A DNA stretch of 64,000 nucleotides from Marsupella aquatica (lineage: Eukaryota > Plantae > Marchantiophyta): contig OZ316894.1 of the NCBI GenBank assembly GCA_973895155.1, positions 15,368,699 to 15,432,698 on the forward strand, written 5' to 3'. Made by a program: the position numbers and the translations under genes. Of the stretch, positions 23,694 through 37,500 are shown in pieces (position 1 is the first letter of the stretch; each line of letters opens with the position of its first letter). The notes under the pieces were generated by a model. The model ran no database searches. It was given only the letters and a program-made list of their open reading frames with translations, and was not told the DNA's origin.

Positions 23694-26600
23694 TGTGGTG
23701 CGTCCCATGGCTCCCTAAACCCAAGAAACCCCCCAGCTCAAGCCGATTCCCGCAGGTTTCGTGCTTGGCGAGGCCGTTTCCGCGGCTTAGCGGCATGGGA
23801 CGCTGCTAACCTTCTACTACTACTATTAACATTTTACACACATATACTGGACAGATCCTTCATCGGGTCATGAGATACGTAGCCGGCCTAATATAGGCCT
23901 TCTCCTGTCTTCCCCTGTCTTCCTGTTAGGTATGTTTGGATTCCGCCGCCGGAATGATCCCCAATAGGCTTGGTTAAGCCGGTAAGACCTCTCTCAGCTC
24001 GACACATCCAACTCTCACTCCCCTGCTTACTTTCCTTCCTTCTGTTGATGTGGGCACTCTTCACACAAGTTAATGCGACACACAAATAGCAAAATGACTC
24101 ATTCTGACTGAGTCATACCATGCACTTGCCATACAAACAGTACATCTCATACACAAGTTCTGCGAACTAAGCCGTGAGGCCAACTCTATTCAGCTCTTAG
24201 GCATGAGGAAACATGAATATACACAAGGGTCACTGTATGACTAACCGAGAGCTTCTCGTACTACTTGATCCCAGCCCGGCTGGTGCAAACTAAAAACTTG
24301 CTAAAGAAGAGGCCCTGAGCTCCCCGCTGCCCAGGTACTTATCCTGGTAGTGGATCCGCCATTCTTTGCATCGTAAGCCTAATCTACTTAACAGTAATCT
24401 ACTTGCCCGAATCTACCTATGTACAGCAAGGCAGGAGCACAAGTGTTGCTCCTACCAGTGGGACCGCAATCCCACTAAGCTAAGTGTTAGGGCCGCTCCT
24501 GGTTCTGATCCTAATCCTAAACGTGGAGATCCGCGCCCGCCCTGCCCACTCACGCCTCCTCCCTCCACGTCCGCCCTCCCTAAAAGGAACGGCGCCCTTG
24601 CACCGTCACGACACCGGTGGTGGATCCTCAATGGACGCCCCCAACACTTCCTCCTTAGCCACTGCCGTTGGCCCGCCTACTGACAGATTACCTGCCCTTG
24701 ACCGAGTCAACTCTCCATCGGCCTGACTGGGTCCACCTTCGGCTTCAGCCTCGACACCGGCCTCGGCAATACCCACGGCTTCGGCCTCAGCCACTCCCAC
24801 GGCTTCGGCCTCCCCTTCCCCTAGGGTAGTTGGATCCTTAGCCGTGACCCTGTCTGGGGTCGGTGCTGGGTCTACCTCCTTGATCACCACGGCCTGTGAA
24901 GTTGTATTTCTCCTTGACCCTGGAGGTTTCCGCTTCTTCTTCGTTGGTGGCTCGGCAGCTGGTCCCTTCCCCTTCCCACTTACTTCCGGCACTGGTGCAG
25001 TTGACGCGGCTTGTCCTTCGGCAATTACCACCCCTGGTAACTGGTTTGTCCCAACGGGAGATGGACCTGCTGCAGCTAAGCATTTAAATACTGCGGCTTG
25101 TTTCTTCAGCCGCTCTGTTTGGTTGTCGGCCCGCCGCTGTAGGTTCTCCATCTTCCTCGTGATTTCCTCCAACTCCTCTTGGGTTTCATCCAGGTCCTTA
25201 CGTGCCCCCTCCAGCTCGTTTTTGGCCTCCTCCTGCTCCCTGTGGGCTTCCTCCAATTCCTTCTTCAAGGTAGCCCTCTCCTCCTGGGTTGCTCTTAGCT
25301 CCTTGTTGAGCTCTGCAATGATGACAGACTCCATCTGGTTCATCTTGGCGTAAGTCTGTTCGAGCATCTCGTCCTTCTCCCTTAGGTCGGCCTTGAAGCT
25401 GGCCGTCAGGGACGCAAGCTCCTGCTGCAGCGCCATAATCCCTTGATAGGATTTCCCTAACTCGACCTCCTTCTGCTCAAGGGCTCCATGGATTTTCTCG
25501 AGCTCCCCTTTCAACGCCCATTCCTTTCTTTGGGTCTCCGCCATGGCCCGGCTGTTGGCTGTTATGTGGGCCTCCTCTGTATTCTTCAGCTCTTGCTTCC
25601 ACTTTTCCCTCTCTTTGATCGTGTCGGCCAACTCTTCCTGCGTCTGAGTCAGTTTATCCTTGATATTCTGATTATCAGCCTGCGCGGCGTCCAACTGCCC
25701 CTGCATGATGTTCAGCTCATGTCGTTTAATCCGCAGTTCATCTTGGGCTTTCTTGGCCGCCCTTAGATTTTCAATCTCGGCTTCCATCCTCCTAAGCCGC
25801 CGAATGACCTCGTCCTTCTTGCTTCTCTCTAAAGCCACCGCTTCTTCTAATTGGTGCTTCTCCAACTGCTCCCTATGGAAAAAGGGTCCTACCTCCAACT
25901 CCTCTCCAAAGATGCCGAGCGCAAGTTCCCCACACATCTCACCATACTCCATGGCTCTATTCTTAGCGTAGGTGGAGTAAGTAGAAGTGATCGGCATCGC
26001 CCATCGTGGCCTCTACTCCCAAGCCGTCCTGCGGATCTCTTCAATCGTGGCTAGAGGTTTGCTTCCTTTTTCGGCTAGCCGCCTGATGTCCTCCGGCCAA
26101 TCTCCTCCTGGTAAATCCTTTTCCTTAGCCAGGGCGGCCTCTTCCTCCTGCTTGATTCGCTCCTGAAATTCCTGCACCGTCTGTTTTATGCCGTCGAAGC
26201 TCGGGGGAGCAACATCTGGTGGGGGAGACTCAGGGCTACTCTGCTGGTTGGGGTCCCCTCGCACTACCCTTGGAAGTGTGGGGACAAACCGGCCACAGGT
26301 CCTTACTCCTGGAACGTGATGGTCCGACCCATAGCCGGAATTATCATGGCTGCAGTCCTCCACTGCCTCCTCTACCTCTTGGACGTCCGGCTTCTCCCTC
26401 TCCTCTTCGTCGGTAGGAGCTTCAGGCAATTCTGCCTCAGATTCGGAGCTTGAGGTTCCCACGTACATTCGAACACCTGGCTTGGATTCCGGCCTGATTC
26501 TCTCCTTGTCTCCAGCAAAGGGGTTTTCTCTTGTGAGCCGGTGTAGGCCTACCTCTGTAGTAGTGTCCTGCATTGTTGCCGTTGCCGTTGTTGTTGCCGA

Positions 26601-28320
26601 TGCCGATTTCTTTTCTTTCTCCAGTAGTTTCAGCAGACTCTGCATGCCTGGTTGCTGCATCGGCAAGTCTTCCTTCCTGGGCCTAAACACCTGCTCGATC
26701 GTAGGACTAACAGGTGGTTGAGGCTTTTCAGCCAACGGCCTCGGCGTTGGAGCTTCCTCGGGTGCCCTTACCTGCAGGGGAAGTACCGGGGCAAAAGTCT
26801 GACTTCTGGCATACCAGCACAACAGCGGCATGTGATAGCCAAGCCGCGACACGCTCCCCATGCCGATTACCTGCTGCTCCTCCTTTAAGATCTTCTTCAA
26901 TTGGTTGAGGAGGTACCCGTTGTAGTCCCGGCTTGGGTCTGGCCTTTCTGCCAGATAGACCTGTGCCTTGCCGATCTCTGCCCTCGGTAAGTTACAATGC
27001 ATGGTCACCCGCAAGAAGTCGATCATCTCTCCTATGTGCGGGTTGGTGCAGGTGTTCCGGAAGAAGCCATTCTTCGTTGATGGCCCGGGGAACGACCGGA
27101 ACTCCTTGTCAGGCAAGGTCTTCCTGGTATCAACTTTGGTCTTATTGCCCATCGGCAAGCCAAACACTTCGGCAATCACCTTGGGAGTAAGATAGAAATC
27201 CTTCCCATATATCCTCGTGCAATTGGTCTCGGGTTCCCATGACCCCACGAATTCTAATAGGTCTGACTCCGGTACCTCCGGCTTCAGCCATGGTAATCTT
27301 ACAAAGGCCTCCAAGCCGGATCCGGCCATGAAGCCTTGGTACTTCTTGGTCTGCATGGCCGTAAAGCATGCATCCTCCTCCCGTGCAAAATGTAGTTGCA
27401 CCTCCACCGGTAGGGTTGCCGCCCAGCCCTTCCAGGTGTCATCCCTGGTTGGAATGGCCTTGATGGGATCGACCTCCTCCTCTTCGGCTTCTCCCTGCCT
27501 CCTGCTCTGCTGCTCGGCTGGCTTCTTTGGTGCCGCCGACCTCGTTCTTTTTGCCGGGGTGGCTTCATCGTTGACGGCTCCCTTCCTCTTCATCTCTGCT
27601 GCCGTGGAGGTTTCTCCTAGCACCGTTGCCTGGGTCCACCTTTCCGTGCTACCCTTTAATTCCCAGTGTATGTCGTTGCAGTTCTTGATGGCCTCTCGGA
27701 TGCCGACGACGCTGTCTTTGCAAAACAGAAGATCGTCGAGTTGATTGGAAGTAGGCGTCCACAGGAACTCGTCCTTGATGAGTTCGCCTCCTAAGAAAGC
27801 CGTCTTCTGCAGCTCCCACAATCGAGCGAGCTCCTGCCGTTCTCGAGCTGCCCTTTCTGACTCCTCGTCCTCGTAAGTCTTGATGTACTCAGTTGCCCGT
27901 TCGAACAGGCATCCCCAGAAATGTGCCGCTTGATTGACGTTGCTCATACCCTCCTTAGGTCGATCGTCGGTATCTACTCTCTCCCCGAGTGCTTGCCTAA
28001 GCAGCTGACAGTAGTTGGCCTCCCGTAGTCGTCTGCCTAGTTCGTGCTCGCAAATGAGCCACCATCTCCTGCAAGCGCTCCTTACCCCTCTCCTCTGCCG
28101 GTCCTTCTTCCCGTTGATCCTTCCTAGCCGCCGACGCTTAACGCGCCCTAACCCTAATCGGGTTTTCACCCTCAGCCTTACCTCCGGCCTCGGCCCGGGT
28201 TCCATGGTTGCCCCTAATTGTTTATATTTTCCTTGTTTTGTCACTATACTAAGGTGTTCCTAGGGTGCCTTCCTGCTTTACCCACTTAACCGGCCGAGTG
28301 ATTCCTGTCTAGGCATCACA
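23694..28320 (-). repeat. 3' LTR (4,627 bp)
   Basis: Direct repeat of 34545-39171 at constant offset 10851; about 20 substitutions and no indels seen by eye. Confidence 0.95.
24606..28205 (-). pseudogene. LTR-embedded ~1199-aa gene (PMD/plant-transposon-domain-like + coiled coil), 3' LTR copy
   Basis: Single frame broken only by TAG at 26013-26015 (CAG in the other LTR). Confidence 0.85.
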
Positions 28321-31300
28321 TAGCTCCCCACTTAATTGTGAAGCGTCCTCGCGAACAACTTCATCTTCGTCCATATAGTATTTCTTGAGGCGGTCATAAG
28401 GGATGCAAACTGGATATACCTCTCCCGTAATGTTGGCCAATTGCACGGAGCCATTGGGGAACATCATGGTTACTCTAAAGGGTCCTAACCAGCGAGTGTA
28501 AAGCTTTCCTGGAAACCTACTATACCTACTGTCATAAAGTAGCACAAGATCACCGGTATGAATACTAACTACTTTTAACCTTTTATCATACTGCTGCTTC
28601 ATGATATTCTGTCTATATTCTACTCTCTCGGCTGAAATCATTCTCACTTCCTCTAAAGCTTCTAACCTATATTCTCGCTCCTTTAGGCTCTCCTCCGCTG
28701 AGGCTCTTTCCTCAATTGTAACTTGAAATGTCGGTATCTCAAGTTGCATGGGTACCAGGGCTTATTGTCCAAAGGTTAAGAAGAAGGGTGTATGACCGGT
28801 AGTGGATTTATAGGCAAGATTGTAAGCAAAAACAACAGCAAACAATTTATCATCCCAATCGAGTTTGTTCTGAGCTACTGTCTTGTTCAATATCTTTCCT
28901 ATGATCCCGTTTGCTCGTTCTGTCAACCCGTTTGCCTTTGGATGGTAGGGAGTAGTAGGCCTATGTTTAACTAAGTACTGCTCATTTAAACGACTAATTA
29001 TATCATTCAAAAAATGGGTTCCTCTATCACTAACTAATTCTAGGGGTGCTCCATACCTGGTGAAGATCTGCTCATACATGAATCTAGCCGTAGTAATTGC
29101 ATCATCCTTCGTTGTTGGTCTGGCCTCTACCCATTTAGTTGCATAATCCGTAGCCAGGATTATGTACTTGTTCCGTCGAGGGTGGGTCAGTGGTTTCAGA
29201 GGTCCAATGTAATCAATACCCCACTTCTCGAATGGTGCCAGAGGTAAAATAGGGTGCAGTGGATGCCTGGTGGACGCCCTTGGTCCTCCCGCTCGTTGAC
29301 AAGGATCGCATTGTTTGATAAACTGATAGACATCTTTGTGCAAGGTGGGCCACCAGTAACCGGCATTTAATATCTTCTTAGACGTGGTTACTGGGGCAAA
29401 ATGTCCTCCGGCCTCCTCTCCATGCATGGCCCGTAGGACTCGTTTTACCTCTCTCTTTTCCAAACACCTTTGAATCGTGCCGTTGATTCCATGCTTGTGC
29501 AGTATGCCTTTAATGCACTAATACTGTCTGACCTTCCGCACAAAGACTGCGGCTTGCTTTCGGCTTAATCCTGGCTGTAATCTGGAAGTGCTGAGAAATT
29601 GTAAAATCTCAGGGTACCATGTACCAGCTATTTCCACAACGAATAGCTCCTCGTCGGGGAATCGATCATCGATGCAATCCATGGCAGGTTTACCTGTGAT
29701 CCTTGAAAAGAAGTCGGCATTGGCATGTAACTTTCCCGGCTTGATCCTCAGCTCATAGTCAAACTCCTGTAATAGCAAAATCCATCTTGCTACTCTGCCT
29801 GTAAGGTCCGGCTTATTGACTAGGTACTTCAAACTTTCATGATCAGTATGAAAGATTACCTTGTACCCTAGTAAATAATGCCTAAACTTTTTACAAGAAT
29901 AAATGACTCCTAATGCTTCTCTTTCCGTGGTAGAGTAGTTCCGTTCGGCATCGGCAAGCTGACGGCTTGCGAAGTATATGGGATGGTCCCTTCCTTTCTC
30001 ATCCAACTGACTTAGTACTGAGCCAATACAGAAGCCCGAGACATCTACAAAAACATGAAAATCTTTGTTCCAGTCCGGTGCTATCATGACTGGGGCCTCT
30101 ACTAACATCTGCTTCAATTCTACCACCGCTGTGACTCGTTCGGGTGTGGGTTCGAAGTCTGCTCCTGCCTTGAGCATATTGGTTAATGGTAAAGCCAGCT
30201 TGGCAAAATCCTTGATGAACCGGCGATAGTAACCAATGCATCCCAAGAAGGATCTTACATCCTTTATGTTCTTAGGTTGCATGATATCTAGCCATACTGC
30301 TAGCTTACCTTTGTCAATCTCAATGCCTTTCCTTGATACCTTGTGACCTAGTAGCACCCCCTCGGTTACTGCAAAAAAACATTTATCTGGGTGTAACTTG
30401 AGACCCACCTCTCTACATCTCATGAAGGTTTTCCTGAGGTATTTAGCATGTTTCGATGCCTTCCCGAATACTGCAAAGTCATCAATGAAGATTTCCATGA
30501 ACTTTCTCAAGTAATCATGAAAAATGTTCACCATTAATCGTTGGAACATAGCTGGTGCGTTGCAGAGTCCAAACGGCATACGATTGAAGACATAGATCCC
30601 CCATTCCGTGATGAAGGCCGTCTTGATTTGGTCTTCCTGCCGAATCCTGATTTGGTTATAACCAGAGTATCCATCCATGAATGAATATAGTTCATGACTG
30701 GCTACCATGTCTAGTACCATATCAGTAAACGGTAAAGGAAAATGGTCTTTTAATGTTGCTTCATTCAGCTTCCTGTAATCCTGACAAACCCGGATCTTGG
30801 GTTTACCATCGGGTCCAGCTTTCTTGGGAACTATCACAATTGGAGACACCCAGTCTGAATGCAGGACTGGAGTGATGAATCCAGCTTCCACTAGTTTGTC
30901 GATTTCTGTTTTGACCAGCAGGGAATACTTCGGGTTCATCCTTCGAATTGGTTGTCGAAATGATTTGGCTCCTAACATGAGATCAATTCGATGTTCCCCT
31001 AGTGTTGGATCTACTCCCTTTAGATCTTGGTGACTCCATGCAAACACATCCTGAAATTCAATCAATAAGTCACTGATCTCTTTCTCGAGCTCAGGTGCTA
31101 GGTTTCTCCCTAAGTTCAGTTCTCTTCCCTCTCCTAAGTCGAGCTTCCGATATTGCCGTGCTTGGATCATATTAATCTGCTTCTTCAAATTCGGGTCCAG
31201 TTCGGCTTCCAGTCTCTCTAATCTCATACCTCCATAAACTGGGATCTCGGCTGGACTAGCCGAGTCGGTCCCTTCCTTGGTGTCCATAGATTGTCCCCTT

Positions 31301-34283
31301 ACCGGTCTATTCGGTTTTGAATTAGTGGTCGGCTCCCCTTCCTGCCTTGGCTCTAGATCATGTCTGTCCATCTCATCCACCTCTTGCTCCTGAGAGTTAG
31401 GCCGCTGTGCTCTCTCGGCTTCTAATAGGGCCTCAATTTGTTCTGCCCTCGTAATCGGCTTGTATGCCGATCCCTTGGTATTTAATTCCTTGCCGATGAT
31501 CGATGGCGTTGTGGACCCCGTCGGCTTTGCCACAACGCCTGCAGAAAATCCACTGTCCCTGCTACTGCTCCCCACTTAGCCGTTTCATCCAATTGGTCTA
31601 CATCCTTAACTTCCTCCGGAATTGCAGCTAAAAAGGTGGATTCTATTGTAAAGCAGTCCTCGACCTCTTCGTCTTCTTCTTCCAAGTCACCTTCCATTGG
31701 TTCTTGCCATAATCCGCTGGGGGGTACCTCTGGTCCAAAGACACCTTCTTCGGTTAGGTTAGTGAGGCATTCTAACCAACGTACTTCATCGGCTGACTCC
31801 AGTCCACTATCGTACCCATCTACTTCCCTTATGCTTTTCCTACGGTCATCCTTAGTGTCCCAGGATACCGTGATAGAGGGGGTCCCGAAAGTGAACTGCT
31901 TTTTACCCCAATCTTCTATTACCTTGGCTAGGTACAGCCATGGCCTACCAATCAATAGCCGGAATGACGTAGGATTTACCGGCTTCATTACTACATAGTT
32001 AATGCTAAAGAAGATACCTCCTATCTCTGTCTTGATGCCGGTTAACACTCCCGTCGGAATGACCTGATATCCATTGGCCATGTTCAACACTCTTCCAGTC
32101 ATCTCCGGTGTTAGACCCCACCCTTTTGCTGTTGAATCAATCATAATACATACCCCTGATCCTCCATCGATGGGTACCCGTAGTAATAATTCTCCTTGAA
32201 TCATTAATGGTAATGCTGGGGCTCCTTGATCTTCTTCTATCATTAGTACGTCGGATCTGGTTGCTACCTTGGGTAATCTCGGCTTGCCGAGAATAGCCTT
32301 CCTTAATTGCTTCCGGAAGTACGGGCTATTTTTCAATAGTTGACCTACTGTTGCCGAGACTCTAGATTCTAGTACATCTTTAGCCAGGTCATAGGGAACA
32401 ATCGGCTTCTCTTCTGGTGGTGTTTCCGTCTTGGATTCGGCCAATTTTGCCACGCTAGTCTCCACAGCTGTTGGGTCTTCCGAAGCAAACAATGCTTTTG
32501 CTCATTTTACATCCTTGGCAATGACTTCGGTATTCTCCAGGGTTTCTAATTCTCTTAGTTGTTCCTTAACACTAGCCGTAACAGAGGGGTAGAACAACTT
32601 AGGATGATCTCGATTGAAGTCGCTATCTTGTGAAGGATTGGTTTCACTGGTGGGTTCATGGCTTACCTGTATTGCCGGAGCCCTCCCTTCTCCTTCTGTT
32701 GATGTTGACGAAGAGTCGATCCTTTCCTCCGTAACCTTCCCTTTATTTTTGGCCAGCCCATCCCACCTTTCCTTCCTTCTGGTAGATCGAGTAGAGACCC
32801 GGTAGCAATCATGATCTAAATCCTCCTCTGAGAAGGTTGATAGGGCTTCGGCCTCATCATCAGATGGTACGAACTCTGCCTCGGCATCCTCTTGCCATCC
32901 TAGTTCGATGTGGTTGATTTGAACTCCTCCGGGGGTAGTACCTGGCGGTAAGATCTTGATCGGCAAAAGCTTATGATTTGCGGCCAGGCCTGCCAACCAA
33001 GTAGGACATTGCCCTAGCATATGACCTTCCTGTCGGCATCCCATACATAGCTGAGCTGGTTGTCCATCACCCTGTTTGCGTGCATTCGGGCATTCTCTAG
33101 CAAAATGGCCAGGTTGACCACAATTATAGCACGCCGCAAATCTTTGCACATTTGGCCTAGGAGGTACTGACGGGTTCTGAATAATCCGAGGATACATCTC
33201 TCCTGGATTGTTCCTTAATCCTGACCACAGAGATGCAGGTCTGTTGGATAGGTCTCGTGCTCCAGTCTCACTGATGCCGAAAACACTATCAGCGGCATCT
33301 CCCAAAAAGTACTCTACTTCTCCCTGACATGGTCTGATCTCGGCCACATGCCGAACATGATTAGTATTAAGCTTAGGACACGCATCTTTATGGTGTCCGG
33401 TTTTATAACATAAGGCACACCATACAGAGCTATCCTCCTGTACTACCTTCTTCTTTGGTTTTACCTCTGCAATGATAGCCTTAAGTTGCTCGGTAAGGGC
33501 TACGATGTTATCTGGTGGCTTAGCCTCCATCTTGACTTTCGTCTTCCCTCTCCTTCTGCCCTTTCTTTTCCTAGTTTTTTCTTCTTCAGAACTAGAAGAT
33601 GACTCACTCTTGCTACTCCCACTATCCGAGCTTGACTTATCACTTCTAGACTTCTTGGAATGTTTCTTCTTCTTATCTTTTTTCTTATGGGGTGATCCCT
33701 CCTCTGATGAGGAACTCTCAGACTTAAGCTGTTTCTTCCGGCTTGTGATATCTGCATTAATGTATAATTGAATATCCTTAATTGCTTCGGCTAAAGTCTC
33801 CGGGTTCTCCTTCCTAATTGCAAAACTCATCTTCTGTGGCAAAGCATTCACCAACCATTGAAGTTGCATACCTTCAGATGCATTGGTCTTTGTACGTCTT
33901 ACCAGTTTCTGAAAGCGTTGCAAGAACTTCCTGAAGGATTTGTTCTCCTTGAACCGAAGTTGTCCCAACTTCAGCACTGCTAGTTCTGAAGTTCCAATGG
34001 GTCGAAACTCCTTAACAAAGAGTGTTTTGAAGATATCCCAGATGGCTTGATCTTCCACATCTAATGCTCTGTACCAAGGCCTAGCCTCACCCTTGAACAG
34101 GCCGGGAAGAATCTGCATCTTGATGGCCGATTCTCCATTTGCTGCAGCGGTTCCCTCGAAATCATCCAACCATTCGTCCGGATCCTCATCTCCTCTCCCA
34201 TGAAATGCCTTGTAATGTATGCGCGACCGCTGGCTCAATCTGGTCCCTGGCCTCTCGTCTGGCCGTGCCTCTGGTTCCCCCAT
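28309..34283 (-). pseudogene. Gypsy gag-pol with several stops and one frameshift
   Basis: CYNCGQPGHFARECP, IDGGSG protease, MPFGLCNAP/FIDD RT, ARWILLLQEFD RNase H, SDRGTHF/ERANG integrase, GPF motif; stops at 32502, 29518, 28762; frame change near 31500-31575. Confidence 0.93.
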
Positions 34284-34523
34284 GTCGGTTGGAGACTCAC
34301 TTCTCCTTACCGACTCTTCTTCTGGTATGTCTTCTTCGACGCCACTTCCAGTTTCGGAGCTACCAGCTCTTTCTGCCCCTCTCAGTCGCTGTGTATCATG
34401 CCACCCGGCGAGCTGCTACAGTCGAGCTCTCTCCCGTTGAATCACTCTTTCTTCCCTCGGCGTAAGGTCAGTCATTACCTACGCTTCCGTTCTAACTTCA
34501 TATCTCACGGCTTAAGAAATGCC

Positions 34524-34540
34524 CCCTCCATCTAGCGCCA
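34524..34540 (-). promoter_or_regulatory. Primer-binding site, tRNA-Asn-like
   Basis: TGGCGCTAGATGGAGGG begins 4 nt after the 5' LTR; one mismatch to the complement of the plant tRNA-Asn 3' end as recalled (CCCTCCTTCTAGCGCCA). Confidence 0.7.
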
Positions 34541-34544
34541 AAAA

Positions 34545-37500
34545 TGTGGTGCGTCCCATGGCTCCCTAAACCCAAGAAACCCCCCAGCTCAAGCCGATTC
34601 CCGCAGGTTTCGTGCTTGGCGAGGCCGTTTCCGCGGCTTAGCGGCATGGGACGCTGCTAACCTTCTACTACTACTATTAACATTTTACACACATATACTG
34701 GACAGATCCTTCATCGGGTCATGAGATACGTAGGCGGCCTAATATAGGCCTTCTCCTGTCTTCCCCTGTCTTCCTGTTAGGTATGTTTGGATTCCGCCGC
34801 CGGAATGATCCCCAATAGGCTTGGTTAAGCCGCTAAGACCTCTCTCAGCTCGACACATCCAACTCTCACTCCCCTGCTTACTTTCCTTCCTTCTGTTGAT
34901 GTGGGCACTCTTCACACAAGTTAATGCGACACACAAATAGCAAAATGACTCATTCTGACTGAGTCATACCATGCACTTGCCATACAAACAGTACATCTCA
35001 TACACAAGTTCTGCGAACTAAGCCGTGAGGCCAACTCTATTCAGCTCTTAGGCATGAGGAAACATGAATATACACAAGGGTCACTGTATGACTAACCGAG
35101 AGCTTCTCGTACTACTTGATCCCAGCCCGGCTGGTGCAAACTAAAAACTTGCTAAAGAAGAGGCCCTGAGCTCCCCGCTGCCCAGGTACTTATCCTGGTA
35201 GTGGATCCGCCATTCTTTGCATTGTAAGCCTAATCTACTTAACAGTAATCTACTTGCCCGAATCTACCTATGTACAGCAAGGCAGGAGCACAAGTGTTGC
35301 TCCTACCAGTGGGACCGCAATCCCACTAAGCTAAGTGTCAGGGCCGCTCCTGGTTCTGATCCTAATCCTAAACGTGGAGATCCGCGCCCGCCCTGCCCAC
35401 TCACGCCTCCTCCCTCCACGTCCGCCCTCCCTAAAAGGAACGGCGCCCTTGCACCGTCACGACACCGGTGGTGGATCCTCAATGGACGCCCCCAACACTT
35501 CCTCCTCAGCCACTGCCGTTGGCCCGCCTACTGACAGATTACCTGCCCTTGACCGAGTCAACTCTCCATCGGCCTGACTGGGTCCACCTTCGGCTTCAGC
35601 CTCGACACCGGCCTCGGCAATACCCACGGCTTCGGCCTCAGCCACTCCCACGGCTTCGGCCTCCCCTTCCCCTAGGGTAGTTGGATCCTTAGCCGTGACC
35701 CTGTCTGGGGTCGGTGCTGGGTCTACCTCCTTGATCACCACGGCCTGTGAAGTTGTATTTCTCCTTGACCCTGGAGGTTTCCGCTTCTTCTTCGTTGGTG
35801 GCTCGGCAGCTGGTCCCTTCCCCTTCCCACTTACTTCCGGCACTGGTGCAGTTGACGCGGCTTGTCCTTCGGCAATTACCACCCCTGGTAACTGGTTTGT
35901 CCCAACGGGAGATGGACCTGCTGCAGCTAAGCATTTAAATACTGCGGCTTGTTTCTTCAGCCGCTCTGTTTGGTTGTCGGCCCGCCGCTGTAGGTTCTCC
36001 ATCTTCCTCGTGATTTCCTCCAACTCCTCTTGGGTTTCATCCAGGTCCTTACGTGCCCCCTCCAGCTCGTTTTTGGCCTCCTCCTGCTCCTTGTGGGCTT
36101 CCTCCAATTCCTTCTTCAAGGTAGCCCTCTCCTCCTGGGTTGCTCTTAGCTCCTTGTTGAGCTCTGCAATGATGACAGACTCCATCTGGTTCATCTTGGC
36201 GTAAGTCTGTTCGAGCATCTCGTCCTTCTCCCTTAGGTCGGCCTTGAAGCTGGCCGTCAGGGACGCAAGCTCCTGCTGCAGCGCCATAATCCCTTGATAG
36301 GATTTCCCTAACTCGACCTCCTTCTGCTCAAGGGCTCCGCGGATTTTCTCGAGCTCCCCTTTCAACGCCCATTCCTTTCTTTGGGTCTCCGCCATGGCCC
36401 GGCTGTTGGCTGTTATGTGGGCCTCCTCTGTATTCTTCAGCTCTTGCTTCCACTTTTCCCTCTCTTTGATCGTGTCGGCCAACTCTTCCTGCGTCTGAGT
36501 CAGTTTATCCTTGATATTCTGATTATCAGCCTGCGCGGCGTCCAACTGCCCCTGCATGATGTTCAGCTCATGTCGTTTAATCCGCAGTTCATCTTGGGCT
36601 TTCTTGGCCGCCCTTAGATTTTCAATCTCGGCTTCCATCCTCCTAAGCCGCCGAATGACCTCGTCCTTCTTGCTTCTCTCTAAAGCCACCGCTTCTTCTA
36701 ATTGGTGCTTCTCCAACTGCTCCCTATGGAAAAAGGGTCCTACCTCCAACTCCTCTCCAAAGATGCCGAGCGCAAGTTCCCCACACATATCACCATACTC
36801 CATGGCTCTATTCTTAGCGTAGGTGGAGTAAGTAGAAGTGATCGGCATCGCCCATCGTGGCCTCTGCTCCCAAGCCGTCCTGCGGATCTCTTCAATCGTG
36901 GCTAGAGGTTTGCTTCCTTTTTCGGCTAGCCGCCTGATGTCCTCCGGCCAATCTCCTCCTGGTAAATCCTTTTCCTTAGCCAGGGCGGCCTCTTCCTCCT
37001 GCTTGATTCGCTCCTGAAATTCCTGCACCGTCTGTTTTATGCCGTCGAAGCTCGGGGGAGCAACATCTGGTGGGGGAGACTCAGGGCTACTCTGCTGGTT
37101 GGGGTCCCCTCGCACTACCCTTGGAAGTGTGGGGACAAACCGGCCACAGGTCCTTACTCCTGGAACGTGATGGTCCGACCCATAGCCGGAATTATCATGG
37201 CTGCAGTCCTCCACTGCCTCCTCTACCTCTTGGACGTCCGGCTTCTCCCTCTCCTCTTCGTCGGTAGGAGCTTCAGGCAATTCTGCCTCAGATTCGGAGC
37301 TTGAGGTTCCCACGTACATTCGAATACCTGGCTTGGATTCCGGCCTGATTCTCTCCTTGTCTCCAGCAAAGGGGTTTTCTCTTGTGAGCCGGTGTAGGCC
37401 TACCTCTGTAGTAGTGTCCTGCATTGTTGCCGTTGCCATTGTTGTTGCCGATGCCGATTTCTTTTCTTTCTCCAGTAGTTTCAGCAGACTCTGCATGCCT

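Noticed and set aside
23850-23970. Hammerhead ribozyme (retrozyme-like) in the LTR
   Set aside because: Only CCGATGA on the minus strand; no CTGATGA plus GAAAC core with proper stems found.
24606-28244. Retroviral env-like gene
   Set aside because: No signal peptide or transmembrane helix evident; charged coiled coil with an NLS-like motif instead.
23694-28320. Segmental duplication or assembly artefact explaining the 4.6-kb repeat
   Set aside because: TG..CA ends, 5-bp TSD, PBS/PPT positions and scattered substitutions identify true LTRs.
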